A stretch of DNA of 64,000 nucleotides, from NCBI GenBank assembly GCA_049513715.1, contig JBEKVV010000003.1, forward strand, positions 32,001-96,000, read 5' to 3'. The notes under the pieces were generated by a model, which did no database searches, was not told the DNA's origin, and saw only the letters and a list, made by a program, of their open reading frames with translations. Made by a program: the position numbers and the translations under genes. Below are positions 1 through 10,338 of the stretch, one piece after another; the first letter of the stretch is position 1, and each line of letters starts with the position of its first letter. The stretch comes from Candidatus Bathyarchaeia archaeon (GTDB lineage Archaea > Thermoproteota > Bathyarchaeia > 40CM-2-53-6).

Positions 1-149
1 TCCATGCGGACTATGTGGTCACCGAGCTCGGCGTTGCATCCCTGAAAGATAAGACGACCAGGGAGAGAGCAAAGGAGCTTGTGAAGATAGCGCATCCCGA
101 CTTCATGGACGCCCTGTACACTGATGGACGAAAGCTAAACCTATCTTAG
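1..149 (+). CDS. Acetyl-CoA hydrolase/transferase (4-hydroxybutyrate CoA-transferase-like), 3' end only
   Basis: Manual translation from nt 3: HADYVVTELGVASLKDKTTRERAKELVKIAHPDFMDALY...*, matching the family C-terminal DYVVTExG...ERA..L..IAHPDF signature. Confidence 0.85.
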   Translation, partial: HADYVVTELGVASLKDKTTRERAKELVKIAHPDFMDALYTDGRKLNLS

Positions 150-242
150 CCCTGTCAATCCATGAGCACGTCGCGACACGATTTGGCGTTGCTAATTCGA
201 AACAATCCTTTTATGTAGTCGTCATGTACTACACGACTACAG

Positions 243-350
243 ATGATCGAAATGGACTTCGACGGATTAGAGGAACTGTTCGACGAAGGCGCATACCAAA
301 AGCATGAGCCCTTCGACCTGCGAAGAATCATAGCCTCACTCCTAATTTAG
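243..350 (+). CDS. Possible 35-aa small protein (MIEMDFDGLEELFDEGAYQKHEPFDLRRIIASLLI)
   Basis: ATG..TAG ORF below the track cutoff, about 30 nt downstream of a TATA-like CTTTTATG. Confidence 0.35.
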   Translation: MIEMDFDGLEELFDEGAYQKHEPFDLRRIIASLLI

Positions 351-506
351 AGTGAACCCGATAGCAACCCATAGAACAAGTCCTCAAAACCAAATACGAA
401 GCTTCCATACAACCTGTCAGTACTTTCATCCTTCAGCTAGAAGCAGTTAACTTCTTCAGCTGATATTTATCACGCTGATAATCGGCCAGCTTTCTAGATC
501 TGGAAC

Positions 507-758
507 TCAGGCGACGTGACCGAACCTGAAGCTTGCTATGGCCCGGCAATTAGTGCAAGTCGCATAACCCAACTTGTTTACTGTGAACTTGCTCTTGGTA
601 CCACACGCCTGACAGATCATCGTGAAGCCCTTCAATTTTCCAGAATCTGGGTCTACGGGCGGTATTCTCTTGGTGGCCTGTCTAGCGGCGACAGCTGTCG
701 CTTGTTTCTGTTGTTCGTTCAGTTTGCGTACGTAGGATGTGGGGAGTTTGCGGGGCAA
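507..758 (-). CDS. Small zinc-ribbon protein
   Basis: CQAC and CTNC pair, basic N-terminus, follows the 773..1099 gene on the same strand. Confidence 0.7.
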   Translation of the reverse strand: MPRKLPTSYVRKLNEQQKQATAVAARQATKRIPPVDPDSGKLKGFTMICQACGTKSKFTVNKLGYATCTNCRAIASFRFGHVA

Positions 759-772
759 GAAGTAGGCCTAGC

Positions 773-1099
773 TTAGGCGAATTTGGAGATTAGGCCCAGC
801 ACCCCACCTAGCAGAACCAGAAGCCCACCGATTCCGCCGCCAACAACGCCAATAATGATGAGAATTATGGCCCACACAAGCTCACTCGCATGCTTGGCAC
901 CCACGATTGCGATGATACCCAAGATCAAAGGCACAAGAAGCCCTAACCCAAACATCATACCAGGCAAGAGCGACCCGAAGGGCAGGGTGTATTGATGACC
1001 CAGCAGACCAAGAAGACTAAGCAGAACCATCACGATTCCGCCGATCAAAGCCAAGTAATACGCTGCTTGATGAAGTGCCATGTTTGCCAAGTACATCAA
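773..1099 (-). CDS. Small Gly-rich membrane protein (3-4 TM)
   Basis: Hydrophobic segments throughout; start codon uncertain. Confidence 0.7.
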   Translation of the reverse strand: MMYLANMALHQAAYYLALIGGIVMVLLSLLGLLGHQYTLPFGSLLPGMMFGLGLLVPLILGIIAIVGAKHASELVWAIILIIIGVVGGGIGGLLVLLGGVLGLISKFA

Positions 1100-1221
1100 C
1101 CCTAAATTGGAATTTTCAATAATCAGCCCTCTGCATCTTTAAGATTTGCGGCACATCTTCCACTTTGCAGCGCTCCTCGGTACGCTGTGTGCAAATGCAT
1201 TAAATAGTCAGGGGACGTGCG

Positions 1222-2709
1222 TTGGCACTCATGTCTAAGAACGCGTTCGTTCAGGATGTTCTCGAAAAGTACAAGCCCATCTGGGCACTTGACCATGCTA
1301 GTGGATTGCTTGAGTGGGACATTGAAACCTACATGCCCGTAGGCGCCTCGAAACCTAGGGGTTTCGCGCAAGCCCAGTTGACGTTGATGAAACAGGAAAG
1401 AGTAACGAACTTCGCCAGCCTCGTTGCGAAAGCTGAGAAGCAAAGTGACCTTACAGATTATGACAGAGGAGTTCTCAGAATCATCAAGCGGGATTTACAT
1501 TACTACACACGAGTGCCGCCGAGCCTTTTGGAAGATTTGCAGAGAACGGCCACGGAGGCGACAGTGGTTTGGAGGGACGCGAGGAAGAAGGCAGATTTCG
1601 GCAAGTTCAAGCCGTACCTGGAGAAGATTGTGGACCTGAAGCGACAGGAGGCAGAGAAGCTAGGCTACCAAGGGCATCCTTACAATGCGCTGATGGACCG
1701 ATTCGAGGAAGAACTCACAACCACCGACGTTGACAAGGTTTTCTCAGCACTCGTTCCCAATCTGAAACGAATTCTCAAGAAAGTCCTAGATGAGGGAAAA
1801 TACCCGACCAGCCACCCATTGGAGTCGGCCACTTATGAAGAAGCGCCGATGCGCCGGGTGAATGAGGAAGTTCTCAAAATCCTCAACATGCCCGAGAGAA
1901 CGTTCCGGATGGATGTTTCCACGCACCCCTTCACGGCGGGCATGGCGACGGAGGATGTGCGGATCACAACACGGTACGAAGGGAAGAGCTTCAAAGACAG
2001 CATGTACTCCGTCATACATGAATGTGGGCACGCGATTTACGAGTTGCAAGTTAATCCTGATCTGGATTACACGCCACTCGGCAGAGGATCATCGCTGGGC
2101 GTTCACGAATCGCAATCGAGGTTCTGGGAGAACTTCGTGGGAAGAAGCAGAGAATTCACAAAACTCGTCTACCCGACATTGAAGAAGAATCTCTCATTCA
2201 CTTCAAGCTATAGCGAGGAGGACATGTACAAGTACTTCAACACCGTGAAACCAAGCCTAATCCGCGTCGAAGCCGACGAGCTGACCTACAACTTCCACAT
2301 AGTCCTCCGCTATGAGATTGAAAAGAAACTGATCGGTGGAGAGGTGAAGGTTTCGGAGGCGCCGGCCTTGTGGAACAACATGATGGAAGAGTTCGTGGGC
2401 GTTCGACCCGAAAATGACGGCGTGGGGATTCTGCAAGATGTGCATTGGAGCGGCGGTATGTTCGGCTACTTCCCAACCTACTCCCTTGGAAACGTGATCG
2501 GCGGAATGATTTACGACCGAATCCAGAAAGACATTGACATCAAAAAGACCGTTGGCGCCGGCGACCTAGGACGCATCAAAGCGTGGCTCCGAGAGCACAT
2601 ACACAAGTTGGGAGCAACGTACTCACCCAAAGACCTGCAGCAACGTGAACTCGGCGAAACCTACAACCCAGAGCATTTGGTAAAGTACTTGGAACAAAAG
2701 TACCTCTAG
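1222..2709 (+). CDS. M32 family carboxypeptidase (Taq/Pfu type)
   Basis: HPF, DVRITTRY, HECGH, HESQS, IRVEADE and LQDVHW motifs. Confidence 0.95.
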   Translation: MALMSKNAFVQDVLEKYKPIWALDHASGLLEWDIETYMPVGASKPRGFAQAQLTLMKQERVTNFASLVAKAEKQSDLTDYDRGVLRIIKRDLHYYTRVPPSLLEDLQRTATEATVVWRDARKKADFGKFKPYLEKIVDLKRQEAEKLGYQGHPYNALMDRFEEELTTTDVDKVFSALVPNLKRILKKVLDEGKYPTSHPLESATYEEAPMRRVNEEVLKILNMPERTFRMDVSTHPFTAGMATEDVRITTRYEGKSFKDSMYSVIHECGHAIYELQVNPDLDYTPLGRGSSLGVHESQSRFWENFVGRSREFTKLVYPTLKKNLSFTSSYSEEDMYKYFNTVKPSLIRVEADELTYNFHIVLRYEIEKKLIGGEVKVSEAPALWNNMMEEFVGVRPENDGVGILQDVHWSGGMFGYFPTYSLGNVIGGMIYDRIQKDIDIKKTVGAGDLGRIKAWLREHIHKLGATYSPKDLQQRELGETYNPEHLVKYLEQKYL

Positions 2710-2772
2710 CGGTGAGTGGCTGAGTAACCGTCTTCATCGGAGGACGACCACTCGAGCCGAAAAAGGGAGAGC

Positions 2773-3999
2773 CTATTCGTATTTCAGAGCAACTACTGCT
2801 TTCATTCTTGAAGCCCGTCGTGCGGGGTACAATCCTGCGAGCACTGAGATAGCGATTGGGAAAAGCAGCGCGAATAGTATCAGGTCAGCTGTGAATACGG
2901 GTTCTGTAGTAGATGCTCCGCTGCTCATTGGCCCGCCTCCCCCGCCTCCCATCGGCATCATGCCGCCAATGAGGAACGAAAGGAAATAGCCGAGGATGGT
3001 TCCTAGAAGCCCTCCAATTGCTCCGGTCACAACGGCCTCTGAGAGGAATATACTGAGAATCTGCCCGCTTTGGTATCCAAGAGCTTTTAGCACGCCTATT
3101 TCGCGAGTTCGTTCCATGACTGAGACGAACATCGTGTTAGTGATACCGACGGCGGCAACGAACAATGAGATACCGCCTATGGCTCCGAGAAAGACAGTCA
3201 TCTGTGATGAAACTGATTGAATACTTGATACGATCGAGCCTGCGTTCATCACGCGCACATTGCTTCCGTACTGACTTTCTATTGCTGCTTGAACGGAAGA
3301 GACTTCGTCAGCCGTGGTGGTTATCACGTAGAATCCTGAGTAGTATGACGTTTTCAGGAATAGTTGTCCTGCCTGCATGCTGATGAATATGGTATCGTCA
3401 ATGTTTGAGAAGAGCACACGCCCGTATGGAGATAATATTCCCTTGACTATGAAGGCCAAGCTTCCGCCGCCTGAAAGGGTCACTGAAACCATTTGATTGA
3501 CTTCTATCTGAACACTGGAACCCGTCGGAGCGGCTAGATCGCTACCTATGGCTGCTGCAGTCGTGTCGGTTTGGGTTGGATATGCACCGTCAGACAGTCC
3601 GATCCCCTTGTACAGGTCGGACAATTTGCTCAGATCAATGCCTTCGATTTCTCCTTCAATTGCAGTTCCGCCAACGGTAACCGTCGCTCGCGTGTCGTAG
3701 TAAGGAATTACTTCTGCCACCCCGGTGATTGCGGTCAATATTCTGACATCGTTTTGGGAAAGCTGGTATTGTGTCCGGCTTCCGCTGCTGAAGGAGCTGC
3801 TTGCGGAATTCACAACCAGCGTGTTCGCCCCGATTTTGCCCATTGATGCAGATATTCCTGCACTTAGCCCGTTTGAGCTTGCGATGAGCGCCACGATCAC
3901 CGCGGCACCAATCATGATACCTACAATGGTCAGTGCGCTCCTCATCTTTCTGTCCAGAAGGGCTTTGATAGCCAACCTGAAAACATCAGAAACGAACAT
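2773..3999 (-). CDS. ABC transporter permease, MacB/FtsX family
   Basis: RSALTIVGIMIG start, large extracellular loop, ITNTMFVSVMERTREIGVLKALG, GLYPARRAS. Confidence 0.93.
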   Translation of the reverse strand: MFVSDVFRLAIKALLDRKMRSALTIVGIMIGAAVIVALIASSNGLSAGISASMGKIGANTLVVNSASSSFSSGSRTQYQLSQNDVRILTAITGVAEVIPYYDTRATVTVGGTAIEGEIEGIDLSKLSDLYKGIGLSDGAYPTQTDTTAAAIGSDLAAPTGSSVQIEVNQMVSVTLSGGGSLAFIVKGILSPYGRVLFSNIDDTIFISMQAGQLFLKTSYYSGFYVITTTADEVSSVQAAIESQYGSNVRVMNAGSIVSSIQSVSSQMTVFLGAIGGISLFVAAVGITNTMFVSVMERTREIGVLKALGYQSGQILSIFLSEAVVTGAIGGLLGTILGYFLSFLIGGMMPMGGGGGGPMSSGASTTEPVFTADLILFALLFPIAISVLAGLYPARRASRMKAVVALKYE

Positions 4000-4004
4000 G
4001 CCAA

Positions 4005-4730
4005 TCAGCTCGCGAATGCGTCGATCCTCTGAAACCGCTGGTCCTTCTCAACCATGCCATCTTTCAGAACAATGACACGGTGAGTTGCGCCTGAAACCTC
4101 AGGATTGTGCGTGACTATGACAAAGGTGGTGCCAATCCTCTTGTTCACTTCAGTGATGTAATTGAGCACCTCACGAGTAGTCTTGGAGTCCAAGTTTCCT
4201 GTCGGCTCGTCCGCTATCACAAGCGCGGGCTCTGTCACCAACGCTCTGGCAATGGCGACGCGCTGCTGTTCTCCTCCGCTCAGCTCGGTTGGGCGTTTAC
4301 GCGCCTTCTGAACTAATCCCACTGCACTAAGTAGTTTGATTGCTTTGATACGTCGGATTTTCCTAGGCATCGTTCTTGTGATGAGTGGCATTTCCACGTT
4401 TTCGATGGCAGTCAATCGGCTAATGAGGTTAAAGGATTGGTAAACGAACCCGATTTTTCTGTTGCGGACTTTCGCCAATTGATCATCAGATAGTTTGCGC
4501 AAGTCAATGCCATCAATCCTCACTCTACCAGCAGTTGGCCTGTCAAGAGTTCCGATGATGTTTAGCAGCGTGGATTTTCCACTGCCGGAAGGCCCAACGA
4601 TCGAAACTAATTCTCCGCGCTCTATCTTCACACTCACTCCTCCAAGAGCAGGATAGTCTACGTGACCGACTCTGTAGACTTTGGTGACTTCTGTCGTTTC
4701 AACCGACGGAACTGCTCCAGCAAGACCCAT
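4005..4730 (-). CDS. ABC transporter ATP-binding protein, LolD/MacB type
   Basis: [33 protein letters not shown]; start moved to ATG at 4730. Confidence 0.95.
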   Translation of the reverse strand: MGLAGAVPSVETTEVTKVYRVGHVDYPALGGVSVKIERGELVSIVGPSGSGKSTLLNIIGTLDRPTAGRVRIDGIDLRKLSDDQLAKVRNRKIGFVYQSFNLISRLTAIENVEMPLITRTMPRKIRRIKAIKLLSAVGLVQKARKRPTELSGGEQQRVAIARALVTEPALVIADEPTGNLDSKTTREVLNYITEVNKRIGTTFVIVTHNPEVSGATHRVIVLKDGMVEKDQRFQRIDAFAS

Positions 4731-4866
4731 TTTCAAATCACATCTTTCGCAATTCGTCGTTTGGCGCAGCTGGAGCGATTTAAGGGGGCGCCACTCGTGG
4801 TGTGCACCGAAGATGAATTCCAATTATAAGCGAATTAACTGCACAACGCGATCGCTGTGAAAGAAT

Positions 4867-5085
4867 TTGGCCCAGACATTCCACCCCCAAGAAGGCGATG
4901 GAAGGAAAGCAGATCAATTGGGCCTAGTAGGGATCTACACTTGTCTCCTATGCGAAGAAAGCTTCAGCACGAAAGTTGAACTGAAGCTGCATTATTGCAG
5001 CGCGCATTGGGAATGCATACCCGACTATGAAGGTGGCAAGAATATCCACCCGTCGTCTCACTTATCCCCCGACCCTGTGGACTAA
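4867..5085 (+). CDS. Small protein with one classical C2H2 zinc finger
   Basis: CLLC-EES-F-STKVE-L-KL-H-YCSA-H fits C-x2-C-x3-F-x5-L-x2-H-x4-H. Confidence 0.65.
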   Translation: MAQTFHPQEGDGRKADQLGLVGIYTCLLCEESFSTKVELKLHYCSAHWECIPDYEGGKNIHPSSHLSPDPVD

Positions 5086-5139
5086 TCATAGTGAGATCTT
5101 GAAAGCGCTAAGTTATGCGCTTTAGGCTGAGAATCCACG

Positions 5140-6063
5140 TCATTGAACACGACTTGATTCTGCAGGTTCCATTTCTCTCAACAGACCAATCCTCCTCTTG
5201 AGGTTGGGGTGTTTGCTCAGAATCTCCAGCGTGCGTCTCTCACCATCCAAGCAGCATGCGAAGGTTCCAGCGATGTTCCCGGACGAATTGGCTTCCTGAA
5301 GCTTCGCCAGAGCAGAGATTAGCGGCCCAGGTCCGCCAATCAGAGCTGCCGCTGCCCTATCCGCAGTCAACTCGCGTGCTCTATAGAAAGCAGCTTCGAC
5401 TAGGTAGCTTAGAACTCTAGCGAAAAGCGCAATTTTGGCGACTGTTACAATTGATCTCAACGCGAAGTCCCTATTCTTGATGTGACAGATTTCATGGGCG
5501 AGGCACGCCTCAACCTCAGCAGGTTCGAACGACTCTAGGAGTCCTACGGACACGGCGATTGTATATGCGCGTCGCGTGCGAACTGTGAACGCTGAGGGTA
5601 ACCCAGAGTCCAGCAGAACGATTCCGGGACACTTGATTCTTGCACTCGCTGCGAGCCTGTGGGTCATCTGTATCAAGTCGTTCGCAGGTTTGGAGAAGGT
5701 CAAGTTGGGAAACGCCCGGAATAAGTCGAGTCTCGAGCGCACTAACTCAATGTAGAGCGCACCAAGAATGGCTGCGATTGCCCCCAATTCGGCCAAATGC
5801 AAATCCACACCAAAAAGCATCTGAAACAGCCAAACGCCGGGCGCATTGGCGTCTGGATGCACAAAGTAAAGGACGAACACGAATAGAATACACTGGACGA
5901 ACAGAACTCCCATAATTCCCATCAGAGCGAGAGCTTTGCGGCGGAAGTTGCGCGTTATGACAGAGACCAAGCCGAGCACTATGAAGAGAATCGCAACTGT
6001 GATCGGCAAGGGCGGGCCAACTAGAAGCCACGAGAGAATCACCAAGAATACTGGATTAATCAC
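5140..6063 (-). CDS. Membrane zinc metalloprotease, M48 (HtpX-like)
   Basis: N-terminal TM helices, LAHEICH, RELTADRAA, HP..KRR. Confidence 0.88.
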   Translation of the reverse strand: MINPVFLVILSWLLVGPPLPITVAILFIVLGLVSVITRNFRRKALALMGIMGVLFVQCILFVFVLYFVHPDANAPGVWLFQMLFGVDLHLAELGAIAAILGALYIELVRSRLDLFRAFPNLTFSKPANDLIQMTHRLAASARIKCPGIVLLDSGLPSAFTVRTRRAYTIAVSVGLLESFEPAEVEACLAHEICHIKNRDFALRSIVTVAKIALFARVLSYLVEAAFYRARELTADRAAAALIGGPGPLISALAKLQEANSSGNIAGTFACCLDGERRTLEILSKHPNLKRRIGLLREMEPAESSRVQ

Positions 6064-6119
6064 TTTCAGAGCACCTAGAAACGGCCTTCATTCAGGAGCT
6101 TCGTTCGATGTAGCTTGGG

Positions 6120-6506
6120 CTACGACTTTTCGTCGGGAAGAAGCTGCTTTTCTAGCGTATCTAGCTTTTCGAACCTGTCGCCCCACCGGGAAACGAATTT
6201 TCGTTGCTTGTGCCAAACGTTGAGAGACCACAAGACCGCAGCCAACGCTGCGAGTAGACCTAACAGATCAAACAGATTTGGTACAAAGAATGGAGGAGGG
6301 GGATGGCCAAATGGGGGCGGATTGAATGGAGGTGGCCCGAAATTCCCGAACACGAAGATGAGGAAACGTGACAGAAAGATCAGCAATACGATCGAGCCGA
6401 TGAGGTTCACCTTTGCTTGGAAGCGGAACCGCTTAAATTCTTTCGAAGCCTCCTCCAAGAACGCGTGAAGCCCACTTACAGGATAGTCGTCTCTCTTTTC
6501 TGACAT
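6120..6506 (-). CDS. Two-TM membrane protein with Pro-rich loop
   Basis: Two hydrophobic helices around GPPPFNPPPFGHPPPPF. Confidence 0.7.
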   Translation of the reverse strand: MSEKRDDYPVSGLHAFLEEASKEFKRFRFQAKVNLIGSIVLLIFLSRFLIFVFGNFGPPPFNPPPFGHPPPPFFVPNLFDLLGLLAALAAVLWSLNVWHKQRKFVSRWGDRFEKLDTLEKQLLPDEKS

Positions 6507-6576
6507 GGCTAACTACTTCCCAGGTTGTGGGAGAAGCGGGCTATAGGTCTAGTTCACCACAGGTGCATTTTCAGGT

Positions 6577-6900
6577 TCAGAGAATCGAAGGGAGCGTTTC
6601 TCTGAGCTTAACGTAAACATCCTTTCCCGCGGCGGACATGCGAATTCCTCCGTCTGATTCTTCAACAAACCCCTTGCCTTTCAAGTATCCTAGGTATTTT
6701 TGGAAGTCATCGTAGGATAGTTGAGTTGCATGCCGCCAGAGCGCCGTCCTAGAATGCGCGCCTGCATTATAGTACAGATATTCAAGAATCTCGAATCTTA
6801 TCTGCACCGGGGATTTTCTGCTTGGCCGCGGGGCCTTTTCGAGATCAGTCAAAGTGTCCGACTCTGCAACAGGCTCGGCTACCTTAGACAGCGAGGACAC
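6577..6900 (-). CDS. Winged-helix DNA-binding protein (archaeal HTH_45-like)
   Basis: RKS..QI.FEILE...T.LSY..FQKYL.YL..KGFV...MS..GK pattern. Confidence 0.8.
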   Translation of the reverse strand: MSSLSKVAEPVAESDTLTDLEKAPRPSRKSPVQIRFEILEYLYYNAGAHSRTALWRHATQLSYDDFQKYLGYLKGKGFVEESDGGIRMSAAGKDVYVKLRETLPSIL

Positions 6901-7160
6901 TTGGGAAACGCAGCATAAAAGAAAGACCCAGCCACCCGACTGCCCACATACGCTGACCTGAATGAATCAAGACATCACCGTCACAAAATGGAAAACACGA
7001 GTAAGAAAAAAGAGGAATCGAAATCCTATCTGGAATCCACTAGAGTTTTCTCCTCATCGTATCGTAGTATGCGCCAACCTTCCAAGCCAAGTAGGCCCCC
7101 GACACAACGGATGCAAGTCCGAGTAAGAGTGGAACGGCCTCGAACAAGCCGAAGATACGC

Positions 7161-7505
7161 TCAGGTAGCCATGCTGAAGACTTGTTCTGGCGGCGGCCCT
7201 TCCATCGGTTTGTTGAGGTCGACACCAGTGACTTGTAGGACCTGTTCCTTGAACCAGACTTCGAAAGGTTCCTTTGATTTCGCTAGGATTTCGAACGACT
7301 TCGCCACGTCCGCCGCTTCATAGTAGACCAGAATAAAGGACCCCATGAGCGTTTTCTGAAGGTGCCATGACTCTTTTGTTATCCCAACACGTTTCAAGTA
7401 ATCAGCACACTCCTTTTGACGCACGTCCATGCACGCCTTCGCGAAATCCCTCCCCGCCTGCTCCTTGCCGGGAAGAACTGGAAAAGCACCACAGAAAGAT
7501 TGCAT
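7161..7505 (-). CDS. Conserved hypothetical protein (DUF6176-like ferredoxin fold)
   Basis: FPVLPGK...GIT.ESW.LQ...WFKEQV...TGVDL pattern; start at ATG 7505 downstream of a TTTTTTATA box. Confidence 0.7.
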   Translation of the reverse strand: MQSFCGAFPVLPGKEQAGRDFAKACMDVRQKECADYLKRVGITKESWHLQKTLMGSFILVYYEAADVAKSFEILAKSKEPFEVWFKEQVLQVTGVDLNKPMEGPPPEQVFSMAT

Positions 7506-7594
7506 ACGAATCACAGCAATAATCGAGGTTTTCAATATAAAAAACCTAGTAGGACTCACCCGCGACCTAGCACGTGCGTTAGGTTGTGAAGAAC

Positions 7595-8752
7595 TCAGTC
7601 GCCTATCTCAGAGAGCCGACCATTTGCGGCGGCAACACCCACGCCGTGCGTGAATTTGTATCCCTGTTCTGCGAGGCTGCCCTCGATTGCGGAAATTGTT
7701 GCTAGGATGTCGTTTCGGTTGACGTTGCCCATGTGGCCTACCCTGAAGGCTTTTTGACTCGTTGGGCCAAGGCCGCCCGCTACAACAATCCCGTACTTTC
7801 CGGCCATGGCTTTTCGGAAGTCCCAATCCCGCACGCCTTCTGGATAGTACGATACCGTAAGAGTGTTGGAAGACACGCTCTCATCACATAGGAGACGTAG
7901 GCCGATTGCGCGCATAGCGGCGCGAAACGCCGAAGCCAATCCGCTATGCCTGAAGAACCTCTTGGTGAGTCCTTCTGCGAGGATCATTTTGCAGCTGTCA
8001 TGGAGTGCGTAGATCATGTTCACGGGGTGGGTGGCGAAGTACTTCGTGGGATCCTCCATGATTGGAGCCCACCGTTTCAGGTCGCCATAGTAAGTTCCAA
8101 TTGGAACCTTCCGTTGGTCTCTCGTTTTCAGTGCGTTGGGGCCAAAGGCAACAATCGCCAACCCCGGTGGAATCGCTAACGCCTTTTGTGAACCAGTGAA
8201 ACAAACATCAATCCCCCACGCGTCCATCTGAAGATCCATGCCGCCAAGCGAGCAGACAGCATCAACAACGAAGAGGACCTTCTTCTCTTGAGCGATGGCG
8301 GCGAGTTCGTTCACTGGGTTTGCTGCTCCAGTGGATGTATCAACATGAACAACGAGCAGCGCCTTGTAACCTGCGCCTGAGAGCTTCTGCCGCACCTCAT
8401 CAGGATTCGCTGCAGAACCCCAAGGAACCTGGAGTTTGTCCACGGTGGCTCCTAGGGTCGTTGCGACGTCCGCCAGCCTTTCACCGAAATAGCCGCCACA
8501 AATCACTAAGACTCGATCTCCGGGCTCAAGGATGTTTGCCAACGCAACCTCGGAAGCCAGTGTACCCGTTCCAGCCAAGGGCAAAACAAGGCCGGTCGTT
8601 CCGAAGAGCTGACCTAGGTCCTTCAGGGTTTCTTTGAGTATATTTGCAAAGTCTACGCTAACGTGGGAGAGCGTTGGCCTAGCCAGGGAACCGAGAATCA
8701 GAGGACTTACATTGGTTGGGCCGGGTATCATTAGAAGAGCTCTTTCATCCAT
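7595..8752 (-). CDS. Class V PLP aminotransferase (alanine-glyoxylate/serine-pyruvate type)
   Basis: LMIPGP, VDAVCSLGG, GSQKALAIPPG, FRVGHMG. Confidence 0.93.
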   Translation of the reverse strand: MDERALLMIPGPTNVSPLILGSLARPTLSHVSVDFANILKETLKDLGQLFGTTGLVLPLAGTGTLASEVALANILEPGDRVLVICGGYFGERLADVATTLGATVDKLQVPWGSAANPDEVRQKLSGAGYKALLVVHVDTSTGAANPVNELAAIAQEKKVLFVVDAVCSLGGMDLQMDAWGIDVCFTGSQKALAIPPGLAIVAFGPNALKTRDQRKVPIGTYYGDLKRWAPIMEDPTKYFATHPVNMIYALHDSCKMILAEGLTKRFFRHSGLASAFRAAMRAIGLRLLCDESVSSNTLTVSYYPEGVRDWDFRKAMAGKYGIVVAGGLGPTSQKAFRVGHMGNVNRNDILATISAIEGSLAEQGYKFTHGVGVAAANGRLSEIGD

Positions 8753-8927
8753 TCATTCTCACCGCAAACACCGATTACGCGACCGCGTAGCAGCGGAGAC
8801 TAATCTTCCTTCTTGTTCCCCACGCCGAGCGGACAGCCCGATCGGGCTTCTAGGAGATACATGATTCGTTCACATGATTCCTTCATATGCCCTTTATTTG
8901 GCTTGAACCAACTGCTGCCTGATTGCA

Positions 8928-10337
8928 ATGAAACGCCTAATCATACTCGCAGCGTTCCTCCTGACCTTGTCGGTGGGTATGTCAAGGTTTTTTCCGTCTG
9001 CCTCAGCCCAGGCTCCAGTTCCCGCGGAGTATCAGCAACTCTACTCGACTCTCAAGGGAACGTTGGACTCATACAACGCATACCTTGCTACGCTTAGCTC
9101 GCAAGCAAGTTATCCGGTGATCTTCGGCGCTGAGTTGTTGCCCGCGAATGGTAATAGGGGCACGCAATTGCTTGCGCCAACAACCATGCAAGGAGTCATC
9201 GTGAACCTCAACGCGCTCCGGGAGCTTGGTGTTCAAGGCGTGACAATCGCGATAGGTTTCCCGCTGTACACTTCCACCTTTCCAAATCATGATGAGTACG
9301 TTCAGTTCTATGAGCAGGTCGCGCAGGAAGTCAGAAAACGAGGTATGAAGTTGGACATTGAATCAGCAGTGGCATTCGCGAACACCCAATTCTCCACTAT
9401 CACGTTCAATTACGCGGGTATCACGTTCGACGAGTTCGAGGCGCAGGTGAGGCAGATGGTTACGGCGATTTTGCAGGACCTGCAACCTGACTACCTGAAC
9501 CTGGGAGCGGAGCCAGATACTATGGCCAAACTAACCGGGTTCCAGGAATTCAGATCGCCAACTCAGTTTGCGGCGTACGTGAACTTCATACTCGACGGCT
9601 TTCCTAGAGGCAACACGAAAATTGGGGCAGGAGTGGGCACATGGGGCAACCTCGGATACGCACAAACCCTAGCCAACTCCACCGCGCTCGATTTCATCGA
9701 CACACACGTCTACCCGATTGTTGGAACGGCATCACTCCAACAAATAATCACCATCAACAATATCGCGAAACAGCACGGGAAATGGCTGAACCTTGACGAA
9801 GCATGGTTGAGCAAGGTGGACACCCTTCAACCCACCAGCATAGCGGATAATGCAGAGAATTTCAGAAAGGACGTGTACAGTTTCTGGGCTCCCTTGGACC
9901 AAGAGTTTATGGGCACCATAGTGAAAACAGCGCAGCTTGAAGGAATTCAGTACATCTCCCCATTCTGGAGCACGTACTTCTTCGGATACGTCGACTACGA
10001 CCAAAACACCTCGACCATGTCCTACAACGACTTGACAACGCTCGACAACAGGATCGCCGCCCAAAACCTGCAGGCCGACACTTTCACAACGACCGGCAGG
10101 TTCTATGGCTCATTGGCAACGGGCACGACCCTATTAACAAGCACCACCACGCAAGAGATGCAAAGCTCAACTAGCAGCACAAGCAAGAAGCCTGCAATTC
10201 CAGCCTTCCCAATCGAAGCTATCTTGATTGGAGTTGTCGTTGGTGTGGTGGCAATAGTTCTGCTTCGACGGCGCTCAGCTTGGATCCCAAAGGCGAAAAT
10301 TAAGCTAGACTCTCTGGCATGCGTTGCTGTTGGTTAG
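8928..10337 (+). CDS. Secreted, C-terminally anchored clan GH-A-like glycoside hydrolase
   Basis: Signal peptide, LGAEPD (acid/base-like), DTHVYP, LDEAW (nucleophile-like), S/T linker, IPAFP + TM + RRR tail. Confidence 0.65.
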   Translation: MKRLIILAAFLLTLSVGMSRFFPSASAQAPVPAEYQQLYSTLKGTLDSYNAYLATLSSQASYPVIFGAELLPANGNRGTQLLAPTTMQGVIVNLNALRELGVQGVTIAIGFPLYTSTFPNHDEYVQFYEQVAQEVRKRGMKLDIESAVAFANTQFSTITFNYAGITFDEFEAQVRQMVTAILQDLQPDYLNLGAEPDTMAKLTGFQEFRSPTQFAAYVNFILDGFPRGNTKIGAGVGTWGNLGYAQTLANSTALDFIDTHVYPIVGTASLQQIITINNIAKQHGKWLNLDEAWLSKVDTLQPTSIADNAENFRKDVYSFWAPLDQEFMGTIVKTAQLEGIQYISPFWSTYFFGYVDYDQNTSTMSYNDLTTLDNRIAAQNLQADTFTTTGRFYGSLATGTTLLTSTTTQEMQSSTSSTSKKPAIPAFPIEAILIGVVVGVVAIVLLRRRSAWIPKAKIKLDSLACVAVG

Positions 10338-10338
10338 T

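Noticed and set aside
7040..7225. 61-aa ORF with one hydrophobic helix
   Set aside because: It overlaps the 7161-7505 gene and has no convincing independent start.
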